A stretch of 63,165 nucleotides of DNA, counting the filler. It is 5 parts of 5 records of this genome, joined end to end, with 100 filler letters (N's around TTAATTAATTAA, not from the genome) between each part and the next. Parts side by side here need not be neighbours in the genome. Positions count along the whole stretch, not along the records: positions 36,304 to 53,963 come from SRR33789315_43; 4 more parts are not named here. One strand, written 5' to 3'. The notes beneath the pieces are model-generated. The model did not search any database, was not told the DNA's origin, and saw only the letters and a program-made list of their open reading frames with translations. How positions within the stretch are numbered: position 1 is the first letter of the stretch; each line of letters starts with the position of its first letter. The position numbers and the translations under genes were made by a program. This document shows, piece after piece, positions 36,305 to 46,475 of this stretch.

Positions 36305-39265
36305 AATGCCATTTGCGATGAAAACAATGCCCAGATTATCGTTGATCCAATAAAATATTGGAAAAACTACCAATTAAGCATCAATGGAGATGATATTTAT
36401 TCTGATACTATTTCTGGGCTAGATCAAGGCAATTATATTTTAGAATTAACCGATTCAGCCTGTACCGTTTCAGAAGAACTTACCATTAACCGAATTTCAA
36501 CTTTTGAGCTTGTTGATACCACTTTAGTAAGACCAACCTGTAACCAAAGCAATGGTAGTATAAGCCTGTTTATAAATGCCGGAGCAAGCGATTTTACTGT
36601 CTTGTGGCAAGATAACAATAGCACTTCGCTAGAGAGAAACAACTTACCTGCCGGCACTTATACCGTTTTGGTAAAAGACTCATTATGCGAAAAGGAATAC
36701 ATCATTGCACTAGCCAATTATAACGGGCCTGAAATAAGCGAAACAACAACTCCAGAAACTTGTGAGGCTAACAACGGTAAGATTTCACTTTCGGTTACAG
36801 GAGGCAGCGGCAGCTACACTTATTCTTGGATAGATTTCCCCGACTCTCTTGGAGCTGAAATAAGTAATTTGAATGCAGGTTTTTATGCAGTAGAAGTAAA
36901 TGACGGCATCTGTAGCAACTACATTGGTATTGAGTTAGAAGAAATTCCATTATTTACCTACGAGTTTCAAACGGTACCATCGCACTGTAATTTACCCATT
37001 GGTGAAATCTCTATTTCTTCAGACAATTACCATGGTGCCTTTGCTAGTATGACAGATAACGATGGAAATTGGTCGAACGACTTCTCCCATACCTATCTAG
37101 ATACAGGTTGGCATAGCTTAACTGTATCCGATGAATATTGTACCCTAGATACCACTTTCTTTATCGATAACATTCCGGGACCAGAATTAAGTTACACCTC
37201 TAATTCAGAATCTTGTGAAAGCAACAATGGTATAATTTCACTTTCGGCCAATGCCTACACAAGCGATCTGAGTTACTACTACGGAAATAAAGAAAACGAA
37301 ACAGAAAATCCTATTTACAATTTAGATTCGGGTTGGCACAAAACTTATGTTTTTGATGGATATTGCTGGGATTCGGTTCTGGCACAAGTAAACCAAATTG
37401 AAGTTCCAAAGGCTTTTGTTAGCTCCGCACCAGATCATTGTAACTTAGGCATAGGAAGCTTTACAGTAGACAGTTTACAAGGAACAGGAACAACTCAAAT
37501 ACTTCTTAATAACCAATATTTAAACGCAGGAGATCAAGTAAATAATTTAGATAGTGGCTGGCATTACTTTACCGTAATTGACGATTTGTGCGAGATGCCA
37601 GATTCGGTGTTTATTAATGAAATTCAAGCTCCAATTATTGTTACCGATTCCTTAAAAGGACTTAGCTGTAGAGAAGTAAATGGGTTAATCAATTTATCAG
37701 CTCAAGGCGATGAAGATAACTACAATATAACTTGGACCGATGGCAGCACAGAATGGCAACGAGATAGTTTAGACCTAGGTACCTACACCGCAACAGTGAG
37801 TGGCGTACATTGTAGCACTACACAAACTTTTACCATAGTAGAGTTACCTGCCTTAAATGTGGATTATGAAATTATTCACCCAGCCCATTGTAACAACGAA
37901 TTGGGGAGTGTTCTAATAAATTATTCCGATAACGTTGGAGATGTAAACCTTCATACGGGAAACAATAACTTACTAAATCCAGATACTATTTTCCCTGTAC
38001 CTTCAGGAAATTATAAATACTACATTTCTGATGACTATTGTAGAGACAGCCTAAGCTTTATTATGCCAGAAGGCAGAACAATAGAGCTTTCGGCCACTGG
38101 TATTAATGAAAGTTGCGAATACCAAAACGGATCTATAATAGCCAATGTTAACCAAGAAGTGGGTAACTATACTTTCACACTAAATGGTACAGCAAGCAGC
38201 AATCCATTTAACAATTTAAGCGCAGGAGACTACGAAATAATAGTTTTCGATAGTATATGTAGCGATACCACTATCATCTCACTAATAAACCTTCCAAGTC
38301 CTGACGGTGAATTATTGATTTTACAAAAAGAAGCCTGCGACCTACAAAACGCCATTGCCGAATACCAAAGCAACACCACCGAAACTTTAACTTTTAAATG
38401 GAATAACCATCCAGGGACCTCTAGAAATGAAAACTTATCGGCAGGAAACAATACCCTATTGGTAAGTAATGAAAACTGTACGGATACCATTCCTTTTCAA
38501 ATTGAGGATTTCCCAGAGTTTATTACCAATATCTCGGTTACTCCAGATTACTGTAACTTAGGTAATGGTTCTATTACTCTTAGCGCCACAGGTGAAACAA
38601 ATCCATTCTACTTATTAGACCAAACCGATTCGTTAACTCAAACAATAGATTCGGTAAAAGCCGGCACCTATGTTTTCGACATCGTTGATAGATTTGGGTG
38701 TATACAAACCGATAGTGCTATAGTAGAAAACGAAATAGTTTTATTGGGTAACGAGGCTAAAATTGTGTTTAATCCGAGTTGGATTTTAGTTGGCGATAGC
38801 ATAACGGTTTCGCCAGATTTACCTCCAGATTGGGAGTTTTATTACTGGATACTAGCTGCTGGCAACCACACTGATACAAGCTACCAAATAGTTTTAGAAA
38901 ACAGTCACGATTATCATCGTACCACATTAGTTGCAAAACATGTAGGCGGTTGTATTGATTACTTAGAAAGCACTATAAAACCTAGTGTTAAAGGCATTAT
39001 TTATGCTCCAAACGCCTTTACCCCAGATGGCGATGGTGTAAATGATTTCTTTAAGTTTTATGGCGAACATATAAAGTCTATAGAAGGAGAAATTTACGAC
39101 CGTTGGGGGCATGTTATACAAACATTCTCTGGCATTGAAGATACTTGGGATGGAACCAAAAACCATGAACCCGTTCAAATTGGGATATACAATTATCGCG
39201 TAAATGTAGAGTTTGAAAGTGGTTACAAAAAATTTGTTTCAGGCCATGTAAGTTTAATTCGTTAG
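36305..39265 (+). CDS. SprB-repeat protein with T9SS type-B (gliding motility-associated) C-terminal domain, 5'-truncated
   Basis: Frame open from contig start; repeated C..NG.I...L.AG.Y.V.D..C units; PNAFTPDGDGVND, IYDRWG, WDG, G.VSLIR. Confidence 0.88.
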   Translation, partial: NAICDENNAQIIVDPIKYWKNYQLSINGDDIYSDTISGLDQGNYILELTDSACTVSEELTINRISTFELVDTTLVRPTCNQSNGSISLFINAGASDFTVLWQDNNSTSLERNNLPAGTYTVLVKDSLCEKEYIIALANYNGPEISETTTPETCEANNGKISLSVTGGSGSYTYSWIDFPDSLGAEISNLNAGFYAVEVNDGICSNYIGIELEEIPLFTYEFQTVPSHCNLPIGEISISSDNYHGAFASMTDNDGNWSNDFSHTYLDTGWHSLTVSDEYCTLDTTFFIDNIPGPELSYTSNSESCESNNGIISLSANAYTSDLSYYYGNKENETENPIYNLDSGWHKTYVFDGYCWDSVLAQVNQIEVPKAFVSSAPDHCNLGIGSFTVDSLQGTGTTQILLNNQYLNAGDQVNNLDSGWHYFTVIDDLCEMPDSVFINEIQAPIIVTDSLKGLSCREVNGLINLSAQGDEDNYNITWTDGSTEWQRDSLDLGTYTATVSGVHCSTTQTFTIVELPALNVDYEIIHPAHCNNELGSVLINYSDNVGDVNLHTGNNNLLNPDTIFPVPSGNYKYYISDDYCRDSLSFIMPEGRTIELSATGINESCEYQNGSIIANVNQEVGNYTFTLNGTASSNPFNNLSAGDYEIIVFDSICSDTTIISLINLPSPDGELLILQKEACDLQNAIAEYQSNTTETLTFKWNNHPGTSRNENLSAGNNTLLVSNENCTDTIPFQIEDFPEFITNISVTPDYCNLGNGSITLSATGETNPFYLLDQTDSLTQTIDSVKAGTYVFDIVDRFGCIQTDSAIVENEIVLLGNEAKIVFNPSWILVGDSITVSPDLPPDWEFYYWILAAGNHTDTSYQIVLENSHDYHRTTLVAKHVGGCIDYLESTIKPSVKGIIYAPNAFTPDGDGVNDFFKFYGEHIKSIEGEIYDRWGHVIQTFSGIEDTWDGTKNHEPVQIGIYNYRVNVEFESGYKKFVSGHVSLIR

Positions 39266-39349
39266 CCTACTTCCACTCTCTTCAATTACCCTCCTTACAT
39301 CTAGTACATTGCAGTATTTTGTTTTCTTTGCTTTACAAACAATAGCAAC

Positions 39350-40231
39350 ATGAAACACGCCTTAATATTTCCTGGTCAAGGATCGCAGTTTAGCGGTATG
39401 GCCAAAGACCTATACGACAACAACGACACTGTAAAAACCATGTTTAACAATGCCAACGATATCTTAGGATTCGACATTGTTAAAACCATGTTTGAAGGTT
39501 CGGCTGAAGACCTAAAAGAAACTAAAGTAACTCAGCCTGCCATTTACTTACACTCTTGTGCTGCATTTGAAGTAAACAAAGCCTACCTTAAAAAAGATAT
39601 GGTTGCAGGTCACTCATTAGGAGAATTTTCTGCTCTTTTTGCCAATGGTGCTCTTTCATTTGAAGATGGATTAAAACTGGTATCTGCACGTGCACAAGCA
39701 ATGCAAAAAGCTTGTGAAATGGAAAAATCTACCATGGCAGCGGTATTGGCTTTAACTGACGAACAAGTAGAGCAATTGTGTGAAGAAACTGAAGGAGTTG
39801 TGGTTGCTGCAAACTATAACTGCCCAGGACAGTTGGTTATTTCTGGAGCCTACCCTGCTGTAGAAGCTGCCTGCGAAAAAGCCAAGGAAATGGGAGCCAG
39901 AAGAGCCCTTATTTTACCTGTTGGAGGTGCTTTTCACTCTCCACTAATGCAACCGGCACAAGACGAACTTAAAGCCGCTATAGAAAACACCACATTTAGC
40001 ACACCAGATTGCCCTGTATACCAAAACGTAAACGCCAAAGCGGTAAGTAGCCCAGATGAAATAAAAGAGAATTTGGTAGCTCAACTAACCGCCGCAGTAA
40101 GATGGACACAAAGTGTACAAAATATGGTAGCCGATGGTGCGTTACACTTTACTGAACTTGGTCCTGGAAAAGTGCTTCAAGGTTTAGTAAAAAAGATACA
40201 TCGCGAAGCCGAAACACAAGGTTTTCAGTAA
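39350..40231 (+). CDS. fabD: Malonyl-CoA:ACP transacylase
   Basis: FPGQGSQ, GHSLGE, GAFHS. Confidence 0.96.
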   Translation: MKHALIFPGQGSQFSGMAKDLYDNNDTVKTMFNNANDILGFDIVKTMFEGSAEDLKETKVTQPAIYLHSCAAFEVNKAYLKKDMVAGHSLGEFSALFANGALSFEDGLKLVSARAQAMQKACEMEKSTMAAVLALTDEQVEQLCEETEGVVVAANYNCPGQLVISGAYPAVEAACEKAKEMGARRALILPVGGAFHSPLMQPAQDELKAAIENTTFSTPDCPVYQNVNAKAVSSPDEIKENLVAQLTAAVRWTQSVQNMVADGALHFTELGPGKVLQGLVKKIHREAETQGFQ

Positions 40232-40259
40232 ATTAGTGCAATTATAAATTGAACTTAAA

Positions 40260-40976
40260 ATGAGTGAAACTAAATACACCCAAATAACCCGAGAAGAAGC
40301 TCAAAAAGCATTTATTTCTCGTGTGTTTTCATACCTAGCGGCTGCCTTAGCTATTACAGGTGTTGCAGCTTATTGGTTTGGAACCAGTCCAGAATTATTA
40401 CAATACCTTATCAATTTCGAAACCGGATCTAATACCATTTTAGGTTGGGTAGTAATGTTGGCTCCCTTAGGTTTTGTTTTCATGCTAGGGAAAATGATAA
40501 GAGATTTTACCGTAGGTCAGATGACGGCTGCTCTTGTTGCTTTTTCAGCATTAATGGGAATGAGCATGAGTTACATATTCTTGGCTTATACCGCAAGCAC
40601 CATTTACTCTACCTTCTTTATTACGGCAGGTACCTTCGGTATTATGGCATTTGTAGGCTACACTACCAAAACCGATTTAAGCAAATTCGGAAAAATTTTA
40701 ATCATGGCACTCATAGGTCTTATTCTAGCTTCTGTAGTAAACTGGTTTATGGGAAGTAGCATGTTAGATTTTGGTATCTCATGTATTGGAGTTCTGATAT
40801 TTACAGGGCTTACAGCTTATGATATGCAAAAAATAAAAAACAACGCAGCAGAAATGCTTGCTACCGGTCCAGAAATGGCAACTAAGCTTGCAATGTACTC
40901 TGCAGTAGATCTTTATTTAGATTTTATAAACTTGTTTTTATTCTTGCTTCGTCTATTTGGTGGAAGAAGAGACTAA
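40260..40976 (+). CDS. Bax inhibitor-1/YccA family protein
   Basis: GLTAYDMQKIK, LYLDFINLFLFLLR. Confidence 0.92.
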   Translation: MSETKYTQITREEAQKAFISRVFSYLAAALAITGVAAYWFGTSPELLQYLINFETGSNTILGWVVMLAPLGFVFMLGKMIRDFTVGQMTAALVAFSALMGMSMSYIFLAYTASTIYSTFFITAGTFGIMAFVGYTTKTDLSKFGKILIMALIGLILASVVNWFMGSSMLDFGISCIGVLIFTGLTAYDMQKIKNNAAEMLATGPEMATKLAMYSAVDLYLDFINLFLFLLRLFGGRRD

Positions 40977-40997
40977 CACTATCGAAATATTTAAAAT

Positions 40998-41028
40998 AAA
41001 AGCAGGTCATAAGACTTGCTTTTTTTTT
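40998..41028 (+). terminator. Rho-independent terminator
   Basis: AAAAGCAGGTC-ATAA-GACTTGCTTTTTTTTT. Confidence 0.75.
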
Positions 41029-41065
41029 GTTTGATTAAATTGTTGGCAATTCTCTCATTGCTGAT

Positions 41066-42535
41066 ATGACACTTCATTTAAATGATACCAATCTTTCGTT
41101 TCACCAAATTGTGGAATCTATGCCAAACGCCATTGTTTTGGTTAACGAAAGAGGTAAAATTGAATATGTAAACAACCGTACCGAAAAACTATTTTTATTT
41201 CATCGTGACGAGTTAGTAGGCAAAAGCATTGAAGTTCTTATTCCAGATCGTTTCGCTAAGCATCATCCGCATTTTAGAGAGAACTATATGCACAGCTCAA
41301 GTGTAAGACCCATGGGAGCTGGAAGAGATTTATTTGCAAAAAGAAAAGACAACACAGAAATACCGGTTGAAATAGGCCTAAACCCAATTGAAAGCGACAA
41401 GGGTAAACTGGTACTTGCCTCTATAATAGACATTAGCGAGCGTAAAAAAGCTGAAAAACGATTTAGACAAGTAGTGGAATCGGCACCAAATGCCATGATT
41501 TTAGTTGACACAACGGGTACCATTAATTTGATAAACACCGAGTGCGAGAAACTTTTTGGCTATGATAGGTCTGAGTTACTTGGTCAGAAAATGGAAATTT
41601 TACTACCTCATCGTTTCAGAAAAGCACACCCTAGTTTTAGAAATCATTTCTTTCAAGTACCTAGTGCCCGACCAATGGGTGTGGGTAGAGACCTACATGC
41701 TATGCGTAAAGATGGGTCTGAAGTTATGGTTGAAATTGGCTTAAACCCAATAGATACTGATGAAGGACAAATGGTACTGGCAAGTATTTTAGACATAAGT
41801 GAACGAAAGCAGAAAGAGCTAACGATACAGCTGCAACTAGAGGAGCTAGGAATTAAAAACAAGGCACTTGAACATTTTGCCTACATCGCTTCGCACGATT
41901 TACAAGAACCTTTAAGAACTATATCAAATTACATAACCGTAATTCAAGAAGATTTTGAGAACAACTTAGATCCGGATTTGGCCGATTACCTTAACCACAT
42001 TGGCAATGCCAGTGAAAGGATGAAAAACTTGGTAAAGGCCCTTCTGAATTTTTCAAGATTAGGCAGAAACAGTACGCTTAAAAAATGTAATCTCAACAGT
42101 TTATTGCACGAAGTACTAAGCGATATCAATACATTAATAGAAGAAAACAATGTTGAAATAGATACCGATGAACTCCCAAATATCAATGTCTACGAATCGG
42201 AGTTAAGACAAGTATTCCAAAACATTATAAGCAATGCTGTTAAGTTTAGAAAAGATGACAAAAAAGTTGAGTTAAACATTAACTACAAAAAAACGAAGGA
42301 TTTTCACCAATTCAGTATCTCTGATAATGGTATAGGGATAGCACCAGAGCACCAAGAAAGAATCTTTGATATTTTCTCAAGATTGCACGGACAAGAAAAG
42401 TATTCTGGTTACGGAATAGGCTTAGCTAATTGTAAAAAAATTGTTGAACTACACGGTGGAACTATATGGGTAGACTCTGAATTAAACAAGGGTAGTACTT
42501 TCCATTTCACTTTAAAAGAATTAGAAAATGTCTAG
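41066..42535 (+). CDS. PAS-PAS sensor histidine kinase
   Basis: Two FixL-like PAS (RPMG.GRDL), SHDLQEPLR, NAVKF, DNGIG, GIGL. Confidence 0.92.
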   Translation: MTLHLNDTNLSFHQIVESMPNAIVLVNERGKIEYVNNRTEKLFLFHRDELVGKSIEVLIPDRFAKHHPHFRENYMHSSSVRPMGAGRDLFAKRKDNTEIPVEIGLNPIESDKGKLVLASIIDISERKKAEKRFRQVVESAPNAMILVDTTGTINLINTECEKLFGYDRSELLGQKMEILLPHRFRKAHPSFRNHFFQVPSARPMGVGRDLHAMRKDGSEVMVEIGLNPIDTDEGQMVLASILDISERKQKELTIQLQLEELGIKNKALEHFAYIASHDLQEPLRTISNYITVIQEDFENNLDPDLADYLNHIGNASERMKNLVKALLNFSRLGRNSTLKKCNLNSLLHEVLSDINTLIEENNVEIDTDELPNINVYESELRQVFQNIISNAVKFRKDDKKVELNINYKKTKDFHQFSISDNGIGIAPEHQERIFDIFSRLHGQEKYSGYGIGLANCKKIVELHGGTIWVDSELNKGSTFHFTLKELENV

Positions 42536-42932
42536 AGCTATAAATCACATATTATTGGTTGATGACAACGTACACGACAACTTTTTTCATGAGCGAATAC
42601 TCAAAAAGAATGGCTTTGGCAACAATATTAGCGTAGCAACAAACGGTTACGAAGCATTAGAAATGCTATTAAAGCCAAGTGCAAATACCAGCTCCTTACC
42701 CGATCTTATTTTCCTTGATATAAATATGCCAGGAATGACTGGTTGGGAAGTGCTTGATAAACTTAAGGCAGCTGCTTTTGATGTAAAGCAATCTAAAATT
42801 TTTATGCTCAGTACCTCCAATAACCCCGACGATCAGCGTAAAGCTTCAAACCACGACAGCTTGCTAGGCTTTATTACAAAACCGCTTACCAAAGACCATA
42901 TAGAATCTATACTTAGCAACTACTTTGAATAA
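42528..42932 (+). CDS. Single-domain response regulator
   Basis: LLVDD, FLDINMP, KP; overlaps kinase. Confidence 0.9.
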   Translation: MSRAINHILLVDDNVHDNFFHERILKKNGFGNNISVATNGYEALEMLLKPSANTSSLPDLIFLDINMPGMTGWEVLDKLKAAAFDVKQSKIFMLSTSNNPDDQRKASNHDSLLGFITKPLTKDHIESILSNYFE

Positions 42933-43281
42933 ATTAATCTTTTCCTTTAAAGCGGCTTTTCAAGGACTAAAAAGAGGATTAGCAGAGCGAAATTTTAGAA
43001 TTCATTTATTCGCCACCATTCTTGTTATTGCTCTAGGTATTTACTACTCCATTTCCTATATAGAATGGATAATTATAACCTTGTGTATAGCGGCAGTACT
43101 TTCTGCTGAATTATTCAATACCGCTATTGAGTTGATATGCGATTTCATTGAACCAAATATTAACCCAATTATTAAACAAATAAAAGATTTGAGTGCGGCG
43201 GCAGTTTTAATCTTAGCTATAGGTGCCGCAACTGTTGGTGGAATAATATTTATTCCAAAAATTCTAGGAAATTTAACTTAA
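42925..43281 (+). CDS. dgkA: Diacylglycerol/undecaprenol kinase family
   Basis: ERNFRIH, AELFNTAIE, KDLSAAAVL. Confidence 0.88.
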   Translation: MNKLIFSFKAAFQGLKRGLAERNFRIHLFATILVIALGIYYSISYIEWIIITLCIAAVLSAELFNTAIELICDFIEPNINPIIKQIKDLSAAAVLILAIGAATVGGIIFIPKILGNLT

Positions 43282-43734
43282 GGCTTTTTGCCCCAAATAC
43301 ATACTAGTGGCTATAATAGCACTAGAAATAGTTACCCCAACCGATATAGCTAGCATAGACCGTTTGTAATCCATCCCAAATATATAAGCCGCTAAAGTAC
43401 CCATGTATGAGCCCGTTATTGGTAGAGGAATCATTACAAATACCATAAGCCCCCACAAACCATATTTGGCAATACTGTTTTTGGTTTTTTTCTTCGCTCT
43501 TTTAGATAAATAAACGGCCCCCTTTCGGTAAGATCTGTTTTGCCATAAAAACTGATTACTAAGCTCTATAAGTTTATAAAAGAAAGGAAAGACAAATAAA
43601 TTAGCGCTCCATCCTACTAAAAAAGCAGTAAGAACAGGCAAACCAGAGGTAACTCCAACAGGAATACCTAATCTAGCTTCACCTGCAGGGGAAATGCTAA
43701 TTAAAAAAGTCCAAAATATTTCTTCTAACATCAT
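43273..43734 (-). CDS. COG2426 small multidrug export-like membrane protein
   Basis: P.GEAR.GIP, FVMIPLPITG. Confidence 0.82.
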   Translation of the reverse strand: MMLEEIFWTFLISISPAGEARLGIPVGVTSGLPVLTAFLVGWSANLFVFPFFYKLIELSNQFLWQNRSYRKGAVYLSKRAKKKTKNSIAKYGLWGLMVFVMIPLPITGSYMGTLAAYIFGMDYKRSMLAISVGVTISSAIIATSMYLGQKALS

Positions 43735-43773
43735 TTAGCTTAAGCGTGTAAAGGGTAGTAAGTAAAGAAACGT

Positions 43774-44553
43774 TTAAGCTTTCGTTTCTGGTTTTCTCAC
43801 AAAGGGGACAGGTTCATATTTAGGTAGGCAATAACGCTGTTTTTGTTCTTCACCTATACTTCCCGCAAAATCTTCAAAACTAACTTCAAAGCCAGCGTTT
43901 TCAAGGTGCTTAGGATAATCTAAACCAAACAAACGAACATGGTCTTTTTGCCAATAGTGTTTTAATCTATCTTCTTCTGAAGTTATAGATGGGTCTTCGT
44001 AAGTGTCTTCTCTATCATAATCAATGGGTACTTGCATAATTCCCCATCCACCTGGTTTCATTACACGGTACATTTCTCTCATGCACTGATTATAATCATC
44101 TACATGTTCTAATACGTGGTTACAGAATATTACATCAAAGGTGTTTTCTTCAAACGGAATATCATGTAAATCCATCTTCACATCAGCCAAAGGCGAGAAA
44201 AGATCTCCGGTGGTATAATCTAAATTGGCTTGCTTTTTAAACTTACCAAAGAAACATTGCTCTGGAGCTATGTGTAACACCTTTAACTTAGGAGCAGTAA
44301 AGAAGTTGGTCTTTTGTTTTAGAAACAACCACATAAGGCGGTGTCGTTCTAATGACATAGCGCCAGGTGCCAAAGCATTTTCTCTAATATTTAAGGCTCC
44401 ATAAGGCAATAACTTTCTGTACTTAGTACCATCAATAGGGTCTTCGAACTTGTTTCCGCTTAACCATATTTTATATAGTGGTCGGGCTATGTAACTAGCT
44501 CTTATAAGAATAGGTCTTGGTACCTTGGTAAGTATAGTGTGTAATAATCCCAT
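43774..44553 (-). CDS. Class I SAM-dependent methyltransferase
   Basis: SLERHR, LHIAPE, CNHVLEHV, RVMKPGG; start trimmed to MGLLH. Confidence 0.85.
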   Translation of the reverse strand: MGLLHTILTKVPRPILIRASYIARPLYKIWLSGNKFEDPIDGTKYRKLLPYGALNIRENALAPGAMSLERHRLMWLFLKQKTNFFTAPKLKVLHIAPEQCFFGKFKKQANLDYTTGDLFSPLADVKMDLHDIPFEENTFDVIFCNHVLEHVDDYNQCMREMYRVMKPGGWGIMQVPIDYDREDTYEDPSITSEEDRLKHYWQKDHVRLFGLDYPKHLENAGFEVSFEDFAGSIGEEQKQRYCLPKYEPVPFVRKPETKA

Positions 44554-44566
44554 GTAAGATAATTTT

Positions 44567-45355
44567 TTAATCGTGGCTTCTTGGAATTCCCAAGGCATCT
44601 TCAACAAAATGGAAAGAAGACAAAAGCTCTGCTTTACCATTAATAATGGCAACATCGTGCTCAAAATGTGCCGAAGGTTTACCATCTCTGGTAACTATGG
44701 TCCAACCATCGTTTAATTGTGCCACGTCTTTAGTACCCATATTAATCATAGGTTCAATGGCTAAGGTCATACCGCTTTTTAAAACGGCACCTCGGTTACG
44801 TCTTCCATAATTTGGTAACTCTGGTTTTTCATGAAGATCTCTTCCTATACCATGACCTACCAACTCACGTACTACTCCATAACCATGTTTTTCGGCATGT
44901 TGCTGCACGGTAAAGCCAATGTCTCCGGTTTTCTTTCCAGATTTCATGGCAGCAATACCTTTATAAAGACACTCTTTGGTAACTTCAATTAATTTTTTGG
45001 TTTCTGGCGCTACTTCTCCTACCTCAAAAGTATAGGCATGATCACCATAAAAACCATTCATAAAAGAACCACAATCTACACTTACTATATCACCCTCTTT
45101 AAGCGGTTTTTCGGTAGGCATACCATGTACTACCTGCTCATTTACCGAGGTCATTATAGTGTAAGGGTAATCGTACATTCCTTTAAAGCCAGGTTTAGCT
45201 CCCTGACTTAGTATGTACTCTTCTGCTTTTTGATCTAGCTCCTTAGGGGTAACTCCTGGTTTAATTAATTCGGCCATTAACCCTAGTGTTCTTGAAACAA
45301 CTAAGGCGCTCTCCCTCATCAATTCTATCTCTTCTGCCGTCTTTAATATTATCAC
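44567..45355 (-). CDS. map: Methionine aminopeptidase type I
   Basis: VVHGMP, DCG...GD, GHGIG..LHE, IEPM, SAHFEH. Confidence 0.96.
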   Translation of the reverse strand: MIILKTAEEIELMRESALVVSRTLGLMAELIKPGVTPKELDQKAEEYILSQGAKPGFKGMYDYPYTIMTSVNEQVVHGMPTEKPLKEGDIVSVDCGSFMNGFYGDHAYTFEVGEVAPETKKLIEVTKECLYKGIAAMKSGKKTGDIGFTVQQHAEKHGYGVVRELVGHGIGRDLHEKPELPNYGRRNRGAVLKSGMTLAIEPMINMGTKDVAQLNDGWTIVTRDGKPSAHFEHDVAIINGKAELLSSFHFVEDALGIPRSHD

Positions 45356-45807
45356 TTGCTACCGAAAATTTTTGCAAAGAAAGATTTTTTTGGATAGTTA
45401 TTATGCGCTTCGGCATTCTTAACTACGTGCTCAAAGTCTTTACCATTGGGATGCAAACGTTGCCATACTTCACCCCAACCTAAAAAACCACCTATATTTC
45501 TATCGTCTATAAAAATATCGGCATTGAGTTTTCGTGGTGTAGTTGCATCTATAACTTCTTCAGGATAGTTTTTATTAACGGCATAAAACTCTACCCCTCT
45601 TTGTTTACAGAAATCAACGGCATCATCCAGTTCCTTTCCAACTCGATAAGTCCATAAAATAAGTCTATGTCCCTTTTCTTGCAGGGCTTTAAGGGTATCG
45701 GTTGCAAACATCATTTCCTTACCTATTTCTGGATATTTGTGTTCTACAATGGTACCATCAAAATCTACTGCTATTACTAATCCACTTTCGCGTTTAATAT
45801 CGTCCAT
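45352..45807 (-). CDS. BT0820-like HAD hydrolase
   Basis: IAVDFDGTIV, LILWTYR, FIDDRN. Confidence 0.85.
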   Translation of the reverse strand: MDDIKRESGLVIAVDFDGTIVEHKYPEIGKEMMFATDTLKALQEKGHRLILWTYRVGKELDDAVDFCKQRGVEFYAVNKNYPEEVIDATTPRKLNADIFIDDRNIGGFLGWGEVWQRLHPNGKDFEHVVKNAEAHNNYPKKSFFAKIFGSK

Positions 45808-45813
45808 GCCTTA

Positions 45814-46377
45814 TTATTTGAGCCTTAAAGCTTTTGCGTTTTGCATTTCAAAAGTACTGAAATTACTTGGGCTACAAAGACCATAATTTAGCGCCATAGC
45901 ACGCAATATATTATTATGTGCTACTACTAAGATTTGCGAATACATATGATGTAAAGTATCTAAGCTAATCTGAAACGATTTTGCCCTTGACAACACCTGC
46001 GAAAAGTGCTCTCCATTTGGCGGATTAGAATTAATATCCCTTCGGTAAAAATAAAGCTTTTCAACTCCAATTTTGTTTGCCAAATCATCCTTATTTTCTC
46101 CTTCTAGATCACCAAAATATTGCTCCGTAATAATAGGGTACACAATCTGCGTAAGTTGTAATTCTGTTGATACAATATTGGCTGTTTCGTATGCTCTGCT
46201 TAAAGGACTAGAAATAACCAAGCTATTCTCTCCTTTATTAAAACCAGCTTTTAATAAATCTTGCGCCAATTCTTTTGCCTGATTTCTACCTTTATCAGTT
46301 AAGGGTGAATCTATACTACCTGCCATGGTGTTTTCTAAATTGGCTACAGATTCTCCGTGTCTGGCAATTAATATCAT
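45814..46377 (-). CDS. Histidine phosphatase family protein
   Basis: RHGES, SSPLSRA, VVAH. Confidence 0.9.
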   Translation of the reverse strand: MILIARHGESVANLENTMAGSIDSPLTDKGRNQAKELAQDLLKAGFNKGENSLVISSPLSRAYETANIVSTELQLTQIVYPIITEQYFGDLEGENKDDLANKIGVEKLYFYRRDINSNPPNGEHFSQVLSRAKSFQISLDTLHHMYSQILVVAHNNILRAMALNYGLCSPSNFSTFEMQNAKALRLK

Positions 46378-46475
46378 GAATTAGGAAATTATTATTAGTC
46401 TAAAACTATTAAATGATGTGTGGTTGCGAAAAAAGCTTATTTTTTAACACCGTTTACATTTACTAAAAACCAAGA

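Noticed and set aside
36305-38760. Long internal repeats
   Set aside because: Protein-level SprB repeats; ordinary for this family
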